Assembly: GCA_040218735.1 (NCBI GenBank)
Contig: JAVJQW010000057.1
Coordinates: 480,001 to 544,000, forward strand
Length of the DNA stretch: 64,000 nucleotides
Reading direction: 5' to 3'
Origin: Deltaproteobacteria bacterium
GTDB taxonomy: Bacteria > Myxococcota > Kuafuiibacteriia > Kuafuiibacteriales > Kuafuiibacteriaceae
The notes under the pieces were generated by a model, which saw nothing but the letters and a program-made list of their open reading frames with translations, was not told the origin of the DNA and did not search any database. Below, piece by piece: positions 27,980-37,325 of this stretch (position 1 is the stretch's first letter; the number at the start of each line of letters is the position of its first letter). Both the position numbers and the translations under genes were made by a program.

Positions 27980-30733
27980 TCATCGCACGACGACGCGGAA
28001 GCTGGCCCAGTCGACCTCGGGACGGTCGACGGACAGCCGGCTCTGCGCCTCGGCGAGCAGCGTGGGGCCATCCCAGACGCCGCGGCGCCGCTGCGCGGCG
28101 TACAGGGCCGTCACGACCACCCGAGCGTCGACGTCGCGCACCGGGCGGACGGACGCGATCACCCAGCGCGCACCCGCCATCAGGAAGGCCTGCGCCAGGC
28201 CGAGGCCGGACACATCCTTGGCCGCGGAAGTCGCCGCCGTCTCGCAGCCCGATAACACCACGTGGTCCGGCACCGACGACAGCGCGAGGATCTCGGCGAC
28301 GCCGAGCAGCTCGACGGACGGGTCGCCGAGATGGCTCTCCCAGCCGTCGAGCCCGGCGTAGTGGGCATGCCCCGCGTAGTGCAGCAGCCGAGCGCGGGGC
28401 GATCGCGTCGCCGCTGCGACGGCGCTGCGCGTGGCTTCCGCACCCGAGAGTCGCCGGACGGACCAACCGCCGTCACTCAACGTGCGCTCGACGTGGGCTG
28501 CCTCCTTCGTCGACGTCCGCAGCTTGACGAACGGATCGATGACGATCGCCTCGGCGCCGCGCGGTGTGTCGGAGGACGTTGGCGACTCGACGTCGGCCGG
28601 GTAGGCGACCGGGCGGGAGGCGACCAAAGGCCGCCCGCGCCACGGCAGCGCGTGGAAGTCGACGCGGTTCAGGACGCCGTTCGGGAGCACGTGAACCCTC
28701 GCGTGCCCGTCGAGCACCGCGTCGAAGGGATCGAGGAGCTGGTGAGCCAGCGCGTCCGCCGTCGAACGTTCGACGTCGATCGGTCCGAGGTGACGCGCGA
28801 TCGATCCGGCCGCGGTCGACGCGAACCCCACCCACCCCTGCTCGACGCGGTGGTAGGTCAGCAGGACCACCCCGCGCGGCGGCGGCTCGAGATCTCGATC
28901 GGCGGGCAAGGAGGCGCCGAGCGCGGTGAGCGCATCGTCGATCTGCACGCGCGTCGCCGCCGACCGCCCCTCGCGGCGTTGGATGCGGCGCCGGATGTCG
29001 TCGACCGGGAGGTCCCAACCGCGATCGTCGGGTCCGTCGTCGACGTGGATGCGACGGTGCTCGGACAGCGCTTCGTACCAGAGTTGACGCGCCTCTTCGG
29101 GCGCGCCGTCGAGGCGCGCCCTCGCGTTCAGCCCGAGCAGCACACGCCTTCGACTGCGTCGCGCCGTGTCCGCGGCGGCCGCGATCTCGTCCTTCTGGAT
29201 CAGCAGCTCGATCAACCGCTGGCTGCCGTCCGCGTGCCGGCCGACGAACCCCTCTCGACCACCACCGAGCGGTGCGCGCAGGCTGAGGCGATCGAGGACA
29301 CGCTCGCCTTCGCGATAGACCGCGATGGCTTCCTCGATGCGACCCTGTCCTTCGAGGGCACGGCCTCGCCCGACGAGACCGCGGAGGCGGGTCGTCGCAT
29401 CGCCGTACCATCGGCCCAGCAGCTCGAGCCGCGCGTACGCGTGCTCGGCCTGTTCATGGTTCGCCTGGGCGAGGGAAAGATCCGCCTGCAAGATCGATTG
29501 CAGCTTTCGTAGCGGAATCGCGGGCTCGGCGAAGGCCGCGCGCGAACGAACGAGGAGATCGCTCGCCGCCTCCAGATCTCCCGCGAGCAGCTCGACGTAT
29601 CCGAGCCGCGCGAGGGCGTTCGAACGATGCCGTGGGTTGTCGCAGCGCTCCTCGTACAGCTCGAGGGCCGCGCGCAACGACGCACGTGCCGGCTCGAGCG
29701 TTTGGGTATCGGACAGCCCGGTGGCCAGCCGGCCCAGGATCACCAGCGCCAGCGCACGCCGGCACGTCGGCTGCGTCGGGGTCTCCTCGGCGAGGCGCGC
29801 GTACAGATCCGCTGCCTCTTCGAACCGCCCGAGGTCGATGAAGGTCTCGACCTGGAGTTCCGCGGCCGCTCGCCAGACCGCTTCGTCACCCATGCGTTCG
29901 GCGTGTTCGAGTGCACGCGCGCCGTAGCGCAGCGCGCGCCGATAGTCGCTGACGCCGACGGCGGCGTAGGCCCGATAGTAGGCGGCGTCCTCGGCGGCCG
30001 CCGGATAGACGGACGCGCGCGCGTCGACCTCCGCGAGCGTCATACAAACGCGTGCGTAGTCGCCGCGGTTCCTCAGGATGTACGCCAGAGCGAAGCGGTC
30101 GTGCATCTCGCCCGATACGGATCCCGCGGCCCGGTGTTGGTCGATGCTCCGGGTCAGCCGAACGACCGCCTCGGCGTGGTCACCGCGATCACGTGCCATT
30201 CGTCCGAGGAGCGCATGGGCCTGCGCACGAACGCCTTCGTCAGGATCCTCGGTGAGCGGCAGGAGGATCGCGGCGGCCGCGGCCCGCTCGCCATCGCTCC
30301 TCAGTCTTCGCGCGGCTTCGAGCGCGGGATGGACCTCGTGCCGCTCGAGCCGGAGCGTCCAGCGTTCGGACGAGCCCTGCGGTCCGATGGCCAACGTCGC
30401 CGGGAGGTCCGACGGAGCAACGGGGAGGGACAGCCGAAGGCCACCGGCGGCGGGCGTCGTGTGAAGATCGCGCGGGCGCCCGTCCAGGCTGACGGGCGGA
30501 GCCACCGCGCCGCCGAGCCAGATGGTGAGCGTCGCACCTGCGGTCAGGAGGCAGCGACCCTCGACCGTGACTTGGTCGCAGCCCTTGAACAACACGCCCG
30601 GCCCGCCGGTCGACGACGCCACGACGCCCGCCGTCACGTCGGTCGCGCCCGTCAGCCGCTCGTGAGCGAGCCACCCACCGACGAGGCAGAACGCGGCGGC
30701 GACGAGACCCCTCAGAGGCCCTCTGGGAAGCAC
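27980..30733 (-). CDS. Exported TPR-CHAT (caspase/separase-like) protease
   Basis: N-terminal hydrophobic segment, TPR-like helices, VLPNGVLNRVDFHALP, LLHYAGHA, VVLSGCET, GLAQAFLMAGARWVIAS, DWASF. Confidence 0.9.
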   Translation of the reverse strand: MLPRGPLRGLVAAAFCLVGGWLAHERLTGATDVTAGVVASSTGGPGVLFKGCDQVTVEGRCLLTAGATLTIWLGGAVAPPVSLDGRPRDLHTTPAAGGLRLSLPVAPSDLPATLAIGPQGSSERWTLRLERHEVHPALEAARRLRSDGERAAAAAILLPLTEDPDEGVRAQAHALLGRMARDRGDHAEAVVRLTRSIDQHRAAGSVSGEMHDRFALAYILRNRGDYARVCMTLAEVDARASVYPAAAEDAAYYRAYAAVGVSDYRRALRYGARALEHAERMGDEAVWRAAAELQVETFIDLGRFEEAADLYARLAEETPTQPTCRRALALVILGRLATGLSDTQTLEPARASLRAALELYEERCDNPRHRSNALARLGYVELLAGDLEAASDLLVRSRAAFAEPAIPLRKLQSILQADLSLAQANHEQAEHAYARLELLGRWYGDATTRLRGLVGRGRALEGQGRIEEAIAVYREGERVLDRLSLRAPLGGGREGFVGRHADGSQRLIELLIQKDEIAAAADTARRSRRRVLLGLNARARLDGAPEEARQLWYEALSEHRRIHVDDGPDDRGWDLPVDDIRRRIQRREGRSAATRVQIDDALTALGASLPADRDLEPPPRGVVLLTYHRVEQGWVGFASTAAGSIARHLGPIDVERSTADALAHQLLDPFDAVLDGHARVHVLPNGVLNRVDFHALPWRGRPLVASRPVAYPADVESPTSSDTPRGAEAIVIDPFVKLRTSTKEAAHVERTLSDGGWSVRRLSGAEATRSAVAAATRSPRARLLHYAGHAHYAGLDGWESHLGDPSVELLGVAEILALSSVPDHVVLSGCETAATSAAKDVSGLGLAQAFLMAGARWVIASVRPVRDVDARVVVTALYAAQRRRGVWDGPTLLAEAQSRLSVDRPEVDWASFRVVVR

Positions 30734-31386
30734 TGTTGGTCGTCCGCCTCCATCGAGTACCCCTCACAGATCGGATTCGCCGACGCGTGGTTGTACGTCT
30801 GAGCGAGACAAGCGCAGACGTAGGTCACAATGCAATGGGGGCAGGACCCATAACCATCGAAGAGCTGATTGGCGTGTTCGATGTCGCAGCGGAGGAAGCG
30901 ATCTCCGGCGACCACCTTCGCTTTGAATGCGTTCGACTCGAGGATGTGTTCGACGGCTTGCCATCCCTCTTCGCCCAGCGTCGTGAAGAACAAGGCGTGC
31001 TCGGCGACGGCTTCGGGATCCGCGAAATCGTGGAACGTCTGCAAGGGCTGTCCTTCGTCGCCGAGGAGGGTGAGTTCCTCGAGCTCGACGGGCTCACCGA
31101 TATCCGAAAAATCCTTCACCATGACGAGGATGTCGAATTCGTCATAGTAGATCGTACAGGAGCCCTCCCCTTCCACCGGAGTTTCACCTTCGTCCCCGTC
31201 GTTCCAATCCTCGAGGCCAAAAGGAGGATTGGACACCGCGTCGTGGTCTTCGTAGTCGTCGGACGGGTCCGACGCCTCGGCACTACTCGCCGACGTGACC
31301 TCCGCCGTCTTTGCTGGCGCGCCGCCGTCGCAAGAGACCACACCCACCACCGTGCACATCGCTACGATTCGTTCGATTCGATTCAT
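30712..31386 (-). CDS. Secreted acidic lipoprotein-like protein with Cys-rich C-terminus
   Basis: RBS AAGGAG, signal ending VVSC, C-terminal CPHCIVTYVCAC...C...C; many A/T-ending codons. Confidence 0.75.
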   Translation of the reverse strand: MNRIERIVAMCTVVGVVSCDGGAPAKTAEVTSASSAEASDPSDDYEDHDAVSNPPFGLEDWNDGDEGETPVEGEGSCTIYYDEFDILVMVKDFSDIGEPVELEELTLLGDEGQPLQTFHDFADPEAVAEHALFFTTLGEEGWQAVEHILESNAFKAKVVAGDRFLRCDIEHANQLFDGYGSCPHCIVTYVCACLAQTYNHASANPICEGYSMEADDQQCFPEGL

Positions 31387-31507
31387 CTCTCTACTCCTTC
31401 TGAGATCGTGTCACGTCCTCGGTCCGCATTGATAACTATGATGGGAGGACGACACTTCTTGCGCGGCGCCGATCAGGAAAACTCGCCGGGTCGCGACGCT
31501 CGTCAGG

Positions 31508-32260
31508 TCATCGATCGTCGACGACGACGACGACGCGCGCGGCTTCCCAACCGTCCCCGGTCGCACGAGGTGTGCGGGCCGTCAGCCACGCGGCCAGCGC
31601 CTCTTCTCGCGGCGCCTCGCCGGGTCGATGCACGACGAGCACGAGCACCGCTTCGTCGGTTTCGACTTCGACCAGCCGTCCGACCGAACCGACGAATCTC
31701 GCGGCGCCCGTCGGCGAGACCTCGAGTCGACCTTCGACGGGATGTAGCCGACCGTCACGCACCGCATACACACGCGCCTCGACGGTACTCGACACGCGCG
31801 TCGCCGGCCGCAGGACGACTTCGAGTGGCGCATCGGGCGCAAGCCTTCCTGCAGACCGTGCAATCGCGTCCCCGCGGTAGGTGTCATCGCCCACGTGGAC
31901 CTCGACCTCGTACGCGGGCAGCGGCGACGTTCGGAGGACGAAGGGCAGGACGGCCGCCGCGGTCGCCAGGACCGCGACCGCGAGCCACGGTCCGCGAATC
32001 ACGGGCGCCCGTATCGGCGAGGGCGCATCGGCGAGGGCGTCCCGCGCGATGTCGTCCAACCGGTCGACGTCCGCGGTGGAGAGCGGCTGGTAGGCGACGA
32101 GGCGACGAGCGAGCTCCGGATCGCGCTCCGCCTCGCGCTCGAGCTCGAGACGCTCGGCCGCCGAGGACGTCCCATCGGCGAGCGCCTCGAGCCGGGGGTC
32201 GACGTCGTCCTCGGCATCCATCGACGAGGCGATACGGTCAAGGAGGCGATCGTCAGCCAA
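31508..32260 (-). CDS. Putative membrane anti-sigma factor (copy 2)
   Basis: Paralogue of 26511-27227 (DPRLEALADGT, LPAY, EVSPTGAARFVG, TGDGW). Confidence 0.75.
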   Translation of the reverse strand: MADDRLLDRIASSMDAEDDVDPRLEALADGTSSAAERLELEREAERDPELARRLVAYQPLSTADVDRLDDIARDALADAPSPIRAPVIRGPWLAVAVLATAAAVLPFVLRTSPLPAYEVEVHVGDDTYRGDAIARSAGRLAPDAPLEVVLRPATRVSSTVEARVYAVRDGRLHPVEGRLEVSPTGAARFVGSVGRLVEVETDEAVLVLVVHRPGEAPREEALAAWLTARTPRATGDGWEAARVVVVVDDR

Positions 32261-32876
32261 CGCGTTCCTCCTCGTGATCGAGCTCCACCGCGACGTCGGC
32301 GACCATTCGCCGCAACCTCGAACGCCACACGTAGATGGCCCCCGGCGTGGTACGGGCGCGTTCCGCGATGCGGTCGACCGGCTGCTGCTCGATGTACAGC
32401 CATCGGAAGTACTGCATGCCGAGCGGGCTGAGTCGTTCGCGCAAGCGTTCGGCGAGGACCGCGATCAGGTTCCGTGACTCGAGCCGTGCTTCGACCGCGC
32501 GCAGGTCGGGGACGTCCGCGAACACTTCGTCGTCGGCGAGCGTCGGATCCTCGGTCCACGGGTTGCGCTTCGCGGACCGGAGCAACGACAGGGCTTCCCT
32601 CTCGGCGACGAGACCCACGAAGTTCTCGAACGACAGACCTCGGGCGGGGTCCCAGCTCCTCAGGACGCGAGCGTCGGACGCAAAACACGATGCGAAGACG
32701 TCCTGGACGACGTCCTCCACGACCTGCCGCAGGTCGCGCGCCTGCGCCGCCGGACGCTTCCGCGCGACGATGCCCGCGACGCGCCTGTGGACGATCGGCG
32801 CCATCGACTCGACGAGACGGCGTCGCATCCCGGCGTCGCCGGCCAGCGCGTCCGCGACCGTCTCGCGGTCCGTCAT
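32253..32876 (-). CDS. ECF RNA polymerase sigma factor (copy 2)
   Basis: ALAGDAG, VEDVVQDVF, WDPARGLSFENFVGL, KRNPWTEDPTL identical to copy 1, AIYVWRSRL; start could be further upstream. Confidence 0.85.
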   Translation of the reverse strand: MTDRETVADALAGDAGMRRRLVESMAPIVHRRVAGIVARKRPAAQARDLRQVVEDVVQDVFASCFASDARVLRSWDPARGLSFENFVGLVAEREALSLLRSAKRNPWTEDPTLADDEVFADVPDLRAVEARLESRNLIAVLAERLRERLSPLGMQYFRWLYIEQQPVDRIAERARTTPGAIYVWRSRLRRMVADVAVELDHEEERVG

Positions 32877-33008
32877 GCGTCGGGCGGCGTCCGGACGGCG
32901 GCGCGCCTGCGCTCGCACCGGCCGAGACACCGGACGCACCATTGTCGAATCGACCACTCCGAGCTCCTCGGACCGCGCCCCCACGGGGGACATCGGCGCT
33001 TGATTCGA

Positions 33009-33040
33009 ACTTCTACGCGACCCCCTCCGGATCTTACAGA
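33009..33040 (-). promoter_or_regulatory. Putative autoregulatory ECF promoter upstream of sigma copy 2
   Basis: TCTGTAAGATCC (12 bp identical to 34916-34927), then GAA at the same offset as in the other two sites. Confidence 0.6.
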
Positions 33041-33077
33041 GCGCGTGTCGAATGGGACGAATCCCACCGTCGCGGCC

Positions 33078-34796
33078 TCAACAGGGGCCCAAGACCTCGA
33101 TCTTCACGTCGTCGATGCGGAAGTGCGTGCTGTCGCCCGCCGCGACGAACTTGAGCACGCGGAAGTCGCCACCGGTCTGCCAGAAGGCCGCGCCCGTCGC
33201 GACCGGAACGCCGTCGACGGTGAAGTCATAGGTTTCGGCGCTCATATCGAGGACGACCTCGAAATCCTGCCAGACGCCCGCCGCGTAGTTCGGTCCCAGG
33301 TTGGTCGAAGTGCCCGTGTGGTAAATGAGCTGCCCGCCGACGGAATAGGTGATGAGGAAGAAATTCTTGTACGTGTTCGATTGACTCGAGACGTTGAACC
33401 CGAACTTGTCGGTCTGCTCCGCAACCGAACGCCACGTCACGCGAATCTTCGCCGTCCCGAGGGAGGAACAGCTGGCGGCGAAGGCGTCGATACGCGGCCA
33501 CGATCCCGGGGCCGAAGCGCGATTGAATCGTACGTTCTGCGTAACGTTTCCGCCGTAGCTGGTGTCGACGAGGATGGACTGCGTTGGATCCGACGGGTGC
33601 GTCGCGAACACCCCCAGCGAGTCGCCGACGGGTGCCCCGGCCGGACTCGCGAGCGGGGCCATTCCCACGGTGTCGGCTTCGAAGTCGCTGTTGAAGACCA
33701 CCGTTGCGCTCGCGCTCGGCTGCAGCAGTACACTGACGTCATCGTCGAGGAAGTTGGCGACGGCGATGTCCGTAGCGAGGTCGCCATCGAAGTCGCCCTG
33801 GGCGATCGAGTCCGGAGCGTCACCGACGGCGATTCTCGGCGAAGCGTTGAAGGTCGCGCCCGTACCGATGAAGATCGACAGGTCGTCATCGAAGTTGTTG
33901 GCCACGACGATGTCGGCAAATCCGTCGTTGTTGATGTCAGCCGCGACCGCGACGTTCGGGTTGTTGCCGACCGGAAACTTGGTTGGGGCCTGGAAGGTTC
34001 CGTTGCCGTTGCCCAGGTGGACGCCGACCTCCGAGTTCGCGTTGTCGAGCGACAGTAGGTCGAGCAGACCATCACCATCGAAGTCGGAGAGGTCGATGGA
34101 CCGGTCACCACTGTCGGCCGCTGTGACCGGGGCAGCAAACGTGAGGGGGCCGGTGGCCAGACTGACGGTGATGTCGAAGCGCTCCCGCCACAGCAGGTCG
34201 GTCAGGCCGTCCTGGTCGACGTCTGCGGCGACGAGCACGCGAACGCCATCGATGGTGTTGAACACCGTTGGCGCTCCAAGGGCCCCGGTGCCCAGGTTCG
34301 GGTGGATCTCGATCGCGCCGCTGAGGAGGTTGAGTCCGACCGCGACGTCGAGCGTGCCGTCCTGGTCGAAGTCGGCCAATGCAATCGACGTCGGCATCAT
34401 CGTCACGGCGGTCACCGTGGGGGCACCGAACGCCCCTGCGCCGTTGTTGAGCATGACGCCGAACTGCCTGCCGAAGTTGCTGGCGACGACGGCATCGAGA
34501 TCCCCGTCCCCGTCCATGTCGCCGAGCGCGATGGCGGTTGGGTCGTTGAAGACCGCGAAGTGAACGGCGGGCGCCATGTTGCCACTTCCATCCGAGAGCA
34601 GGACGCTCAAGTCGTTCGTGGCTCGGTTCACGGTGACGAGGTCGATGTCGCCGTCGCCGTCCAGGTCACCGGCCTGCACTTGGTTCGGAGCGCCGCCGAC
34701 GGGGAAGTCGACGGGCGGATTCAGCTGGGCCCGAACGGGTTTGGTGGGAATGAGGATGGCCAACGGTAGGGCGGCCATGAGGATGTAATTTCGCAT
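33078..34796 (-). CDS. Secreted FG-GAP/VCBS repeat (beta-propeller) protein with C-terminal beta-sandwich domain
   Basis: Signal peptide ending VRA; repeated GDLDGDGDID, ADFDQDGTLD, DFDGDGLLD, DINNDGFAD; C-terminus IDDVKIE. Confidence 0.9.
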   Translation of the reverse strand: MRNYILMAALPLAILIPTKPVRAQLNPPVDFPVGGAPNQVQAGDLDGDGDIDLVTVNRATNDLSVLLSDGSGNMAPAVHFAVFNDPTAIALGDMDGDGDLDAVVASNFGRQFGVMLNNGAGAFGAPTVTAVTMMPTSIALADFDQDGTLDVAVGLNLLSGAIEIHPNLGTGALGAPTVFNTIDGVRVLVAADVDQDGLTDLLWRERFDITVSLATGPLTFAAPVTAADSGDRSIDLSDFDGDGLLDLLSLDNANSEVGVHLGNGNGTFQAPTKFPVGNNPNVAVAADINNDGFADIVVANNFDDDLSIFIGTGATFNASPRIAVGDAPDSIAQGDFDGDLATDIAVANFLDDDVSVLLQPSASATVVFNSDFEADTVGMAPLASPAGAPVGDSLGVFATHPSDPTQSILVDTSYGGNVTQNVRFNRASAPGSWPRIDAFAASCSSLGTAKIRVTWRSVAEQTDKFGFNVSSQSNTYKNFFLITYSVGGQLIYHTGTSTNLGPNYAAGVWQDFEVVLDMSAETYDFTVDGVPVATGAAFWQTGGDFRVLKFVAAGDSTHFRIDDVKIEVLGPC

Positions 34797-34895
34797 CTTA
34801 TCCCTTCAGAAGGTCGACAGGAGAGTCCACGGAGCTGCACGGCGGTTCGTCGTCCAGGACGAGCCTGGACGTTTCGAGTGGCCGGTCGACTTGGA

Positions 34896-34927
34896 TATTC
34901 GCGCTGGGCCCTTGTGGATCTTACAGA
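34896..34927 (-). promoter_or_regulatory. Putative ECF promoter TGTAAG-N18-CGAATA
   Basis: TCTGTAAGATCC..CGAATA about 100 nt upstream of the FG-GAP gene. Confidence 0.6.
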
Positions 34928-35134
34928 CGCCCGTGGTCCGCTTCTCGATAGCAGCACGATGCGAACCGTGCGGCCCCTCACCCCGCGGCCTTCGAGCTGA
35001 GCGGCAACCGGTGGGTCGGCATGGATCCCGACCGAGGGCGTGCCGTGCCCTCTGGGGATCACTCAGCGAGCGGCAACTCGAGTTGGCGGTTCAGGGAGCC
35101 AGAGGCGGTCGAGCAACGTAGCGCGCGTCGTCGT

Positions 35135-35803
35135 TCAGCGATCGTCGTCGAAGCGCGCGAAGAACGCGTTGCCCAGCGGTCGGTGCATGCGCTCGCGGCC
35201 CTGCGCGCCGCGTTCGTTTTTCTCGGCGACGGGGTTCGCGGGGCGGTCCTGCGGCTCCAGCTTCGCGCGCGCCGGGCGCACGACGCCGGTCGGGGCGTCG
35301 ACCACCGCGAAGCGCCCGTCTCCCAACCAGGACGCCCAGCTCTCGAGCCGGTCGTTGAGTTGGTGACCGATGACGACGAACGTCGTGCCTGCGTCGCGCC
35401 ACTTCGAGAGCAGAGCGCGCGCCTTGGCCTGGTAGAGATCGACCGGCTGCACCGGCGCGGCCGTGCTGCCCGCCTCGTCGATCACGACGAAGCGTGGTGC
35501 CGTCTCGCCGAAGCGTTCGAGGAGCTGAGAGTAGCTGCTCCACGTCGCGGAGCGATCGGCCTGGGCGACCGGCGCGTTGGTGTTGAGGATCGCCGCCGAG
35601 GTGTGTGCGGTCGAGGCGCCGCTCGGGTCCAAGACACGGAGCGCGGCCATCGCCGCTTGTGTCTTACCGGAGTAGCTCGGGCCCACGATCGCCGCCGCGG
35701 CCCCGTCCGTGAGCGCCTCGGCCAAGGCCTCGCCGGTCGCCTGGGCTCGTGGGTCGAGCTGGGCGCTGACCTTCTTCGACGGCAGCGGAGCGACCATCCA
35801 CAT
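35135..35803 (-). CDS. Small P-loop NTPase
   Basis: Walker A GPSYSGKT, Walker B FVVIDEA. Confidence 0.7.
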   Translation of the reverse strand: MWMVAPLPSKKVSAQLDPRAQATGEALAEALTDGAAAAIVGPSYSGKTQAAMAALRVLDPSGASTAHTSAAILNTNAPVAQADRSATWSSYSQLLERFGETAPRFVVIDEAGSTAAPVQPVDLYQAKARALLSKWRDAGTTFVVIGHQLNDRLESWASWLGDGRFAVVDAPTGVVRPARAKLEPQDRPANPVAEKNERGAQGRERMHRPLGNAFFARFDDDR

Positions 35804-35895
35804 TCAGGGTACCGAACTGTCGCCACCTCCCGAACCAAAAAGCCGTCCGGCCGTACGATTGCCGGGGCAACGACGCGCGCGGTACCCCCGACCTG

Positions 35896-37245
35896 ATGAA
35901 GATCCCGCCGCCCCCCGACATCGAGAAGGGCCTCCGCGTCCTCGGCGAAGTCTACGAGGAGATCGACCGCCAGATCGGCGCCGAAGAGGGCACGCGGGAC
36001 GACAAGGTCTCCGACCACGAGGTCGCCAAGTTCCTCGCCCAGCGCGGCGGCGCGAGCGACGCCGCGGGCGCGGCGCTCGCGACCTTCTCCGCGTACATGC
36101 GGCACGTCGCCGCCTCGTCCGACGTCCCGGTCGACGACATCAAACGCACGCTCGGCGACGTGCAACGCTTCGTGGATCGCGACCGCGACGCCGACCTCGA
36201 CGTCGCCGACATGAAACCCACCTGGCGCGCGCTCACCTTGTTCGCCGCGGAGGTGAAGTCCAAGGGGCTGTCCGCCGAGGCCATCGTCTCGGACCGCTCC
36301 GGCCGACCGATCGGCGACGTCGTAGCGCTCGCAAAGGGCCTCTCCCAGATGAGTCAGGTGTTCGCTGCGATCGGCGACGTGCACGGTCAGGGCGAAATCA
36401 CCGTCGACGCGATCAAGGCCTACCTCGCCGCCGGGCCTGACGTCGTCGCCACGAGCAAGTCCGCCGTCCGCCGCGTCACGCGGCTCCTCGAACATCGCAC
36501 CGGCGGCACCTCGTTCAAGCAGGCCGACGTCGACGCGGTGATGAACGACGCGCTCTCCGCCTACAAGAAGAACGCGAACGGCCCGGACGATCGCAAACGT
36601 CTCGCCCGCACCTGGCAGTCACTCGCCGCCTTCGCGGACGAAAACGCCGTGCGCAACAAGACGCCGGAGACGATCGTCGGTACGGCCGCCACACCCGCGG
36701 CACCCGCCACACCGGCGGCCGGCGGGCCGCGCGCGGCCGACGTCGCTGCGTTCACCGCGCTGTCCACGGACACCAAGGCGGAGATCCTCGAGGACTACGG
36801 CAACCTCTTCGACTACTACGTCGCGTCCGGCGAAGTCGCGCCCGACACCCTCGACGGCCCGCGTCTCGCCTTCGCGAAGGCGATGGAGCGCGAGCTGATC
36901 TCGATCGTCGGAGACTTCGAAGAGGACAGCGGCGTGTACGGGACGATCGGCTCCCCGCGCGTGCGCGTCGAAGTCATCGAGCTCCCGAGCGGCGAAGTCG
37001 TGGGCGGACGCATCTGGATGCACCAGGACGGCTTCAACTCCGAGTCGGGCCCGACGGACGCCAACGGCGATCGCTACTATCACTTCGACACCGCCAACGA
37101 AGCCGAGGCTGCCGGCGCGGATCCGCACGAGGACATCAACTGGCAGGTGCACGGCCTCTTCGAAGTCGCGCCGGGCGGCGGCGCCGTGCAGCTCGGTGGC
37201 TCGTACGAACACGTCAGCGACTACTGGGAGTGGTCCGGGCACTAA
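35896..37245 (+). CDS. Hypothetical protein (helical repeats, PATPA linker, acidic C-terminal domain)
   Basis: Repeated TW(R/Q)xLxxFAxE units; DRDRDADLD motif; strong coding bias. Confidence 0.75.
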   Translation: MKIPPPPDIEKGLRVLGEVYEEIDRQIGAEEGTRDDKVSDHEVAKFLAQRGGASDAAGAALATFSAYMRHVAASSDVPVDDIKRTLGDVQRFVDRDRDADLDVADMKPTWRALTLFAAEVKSKGLSAEAIVSDRSGRPIGDVVALAKGLSQMSQVFAAIGDVHGQGEITVDAIKAYLAAGPDVVATSKSAVRRVTRLLEHRTGGTSFKQADVDAVMNDALSAYKKNANGPDDRKRLARTWQSLAAFADENAVRNKTPETIVGTAATPAAPATPAAGGPRAADVAAFTALSTDTKAEILEDYGNLFDYYVASGEVAPDTLDGPRLAFAKAMERELISIVGDFEEDSGVYGTIGSPRVRVEVIELPSGEVVGGRIWMHQDGFNSESGPTDANGDRYYHFDTANEAEAAGADPHEDINWQVHGLFEVAPGGGAVQLGGSYEHVSDYWEWSGH

Positions 37246-37325
37246 GCGCCTCCAGCTCCGATCAGATCGTGAGCGCCGCCACCGCTTTGCGCTCGGTGCC
37301 ACACCTTTGCTTTGTTCCTCGCTCG

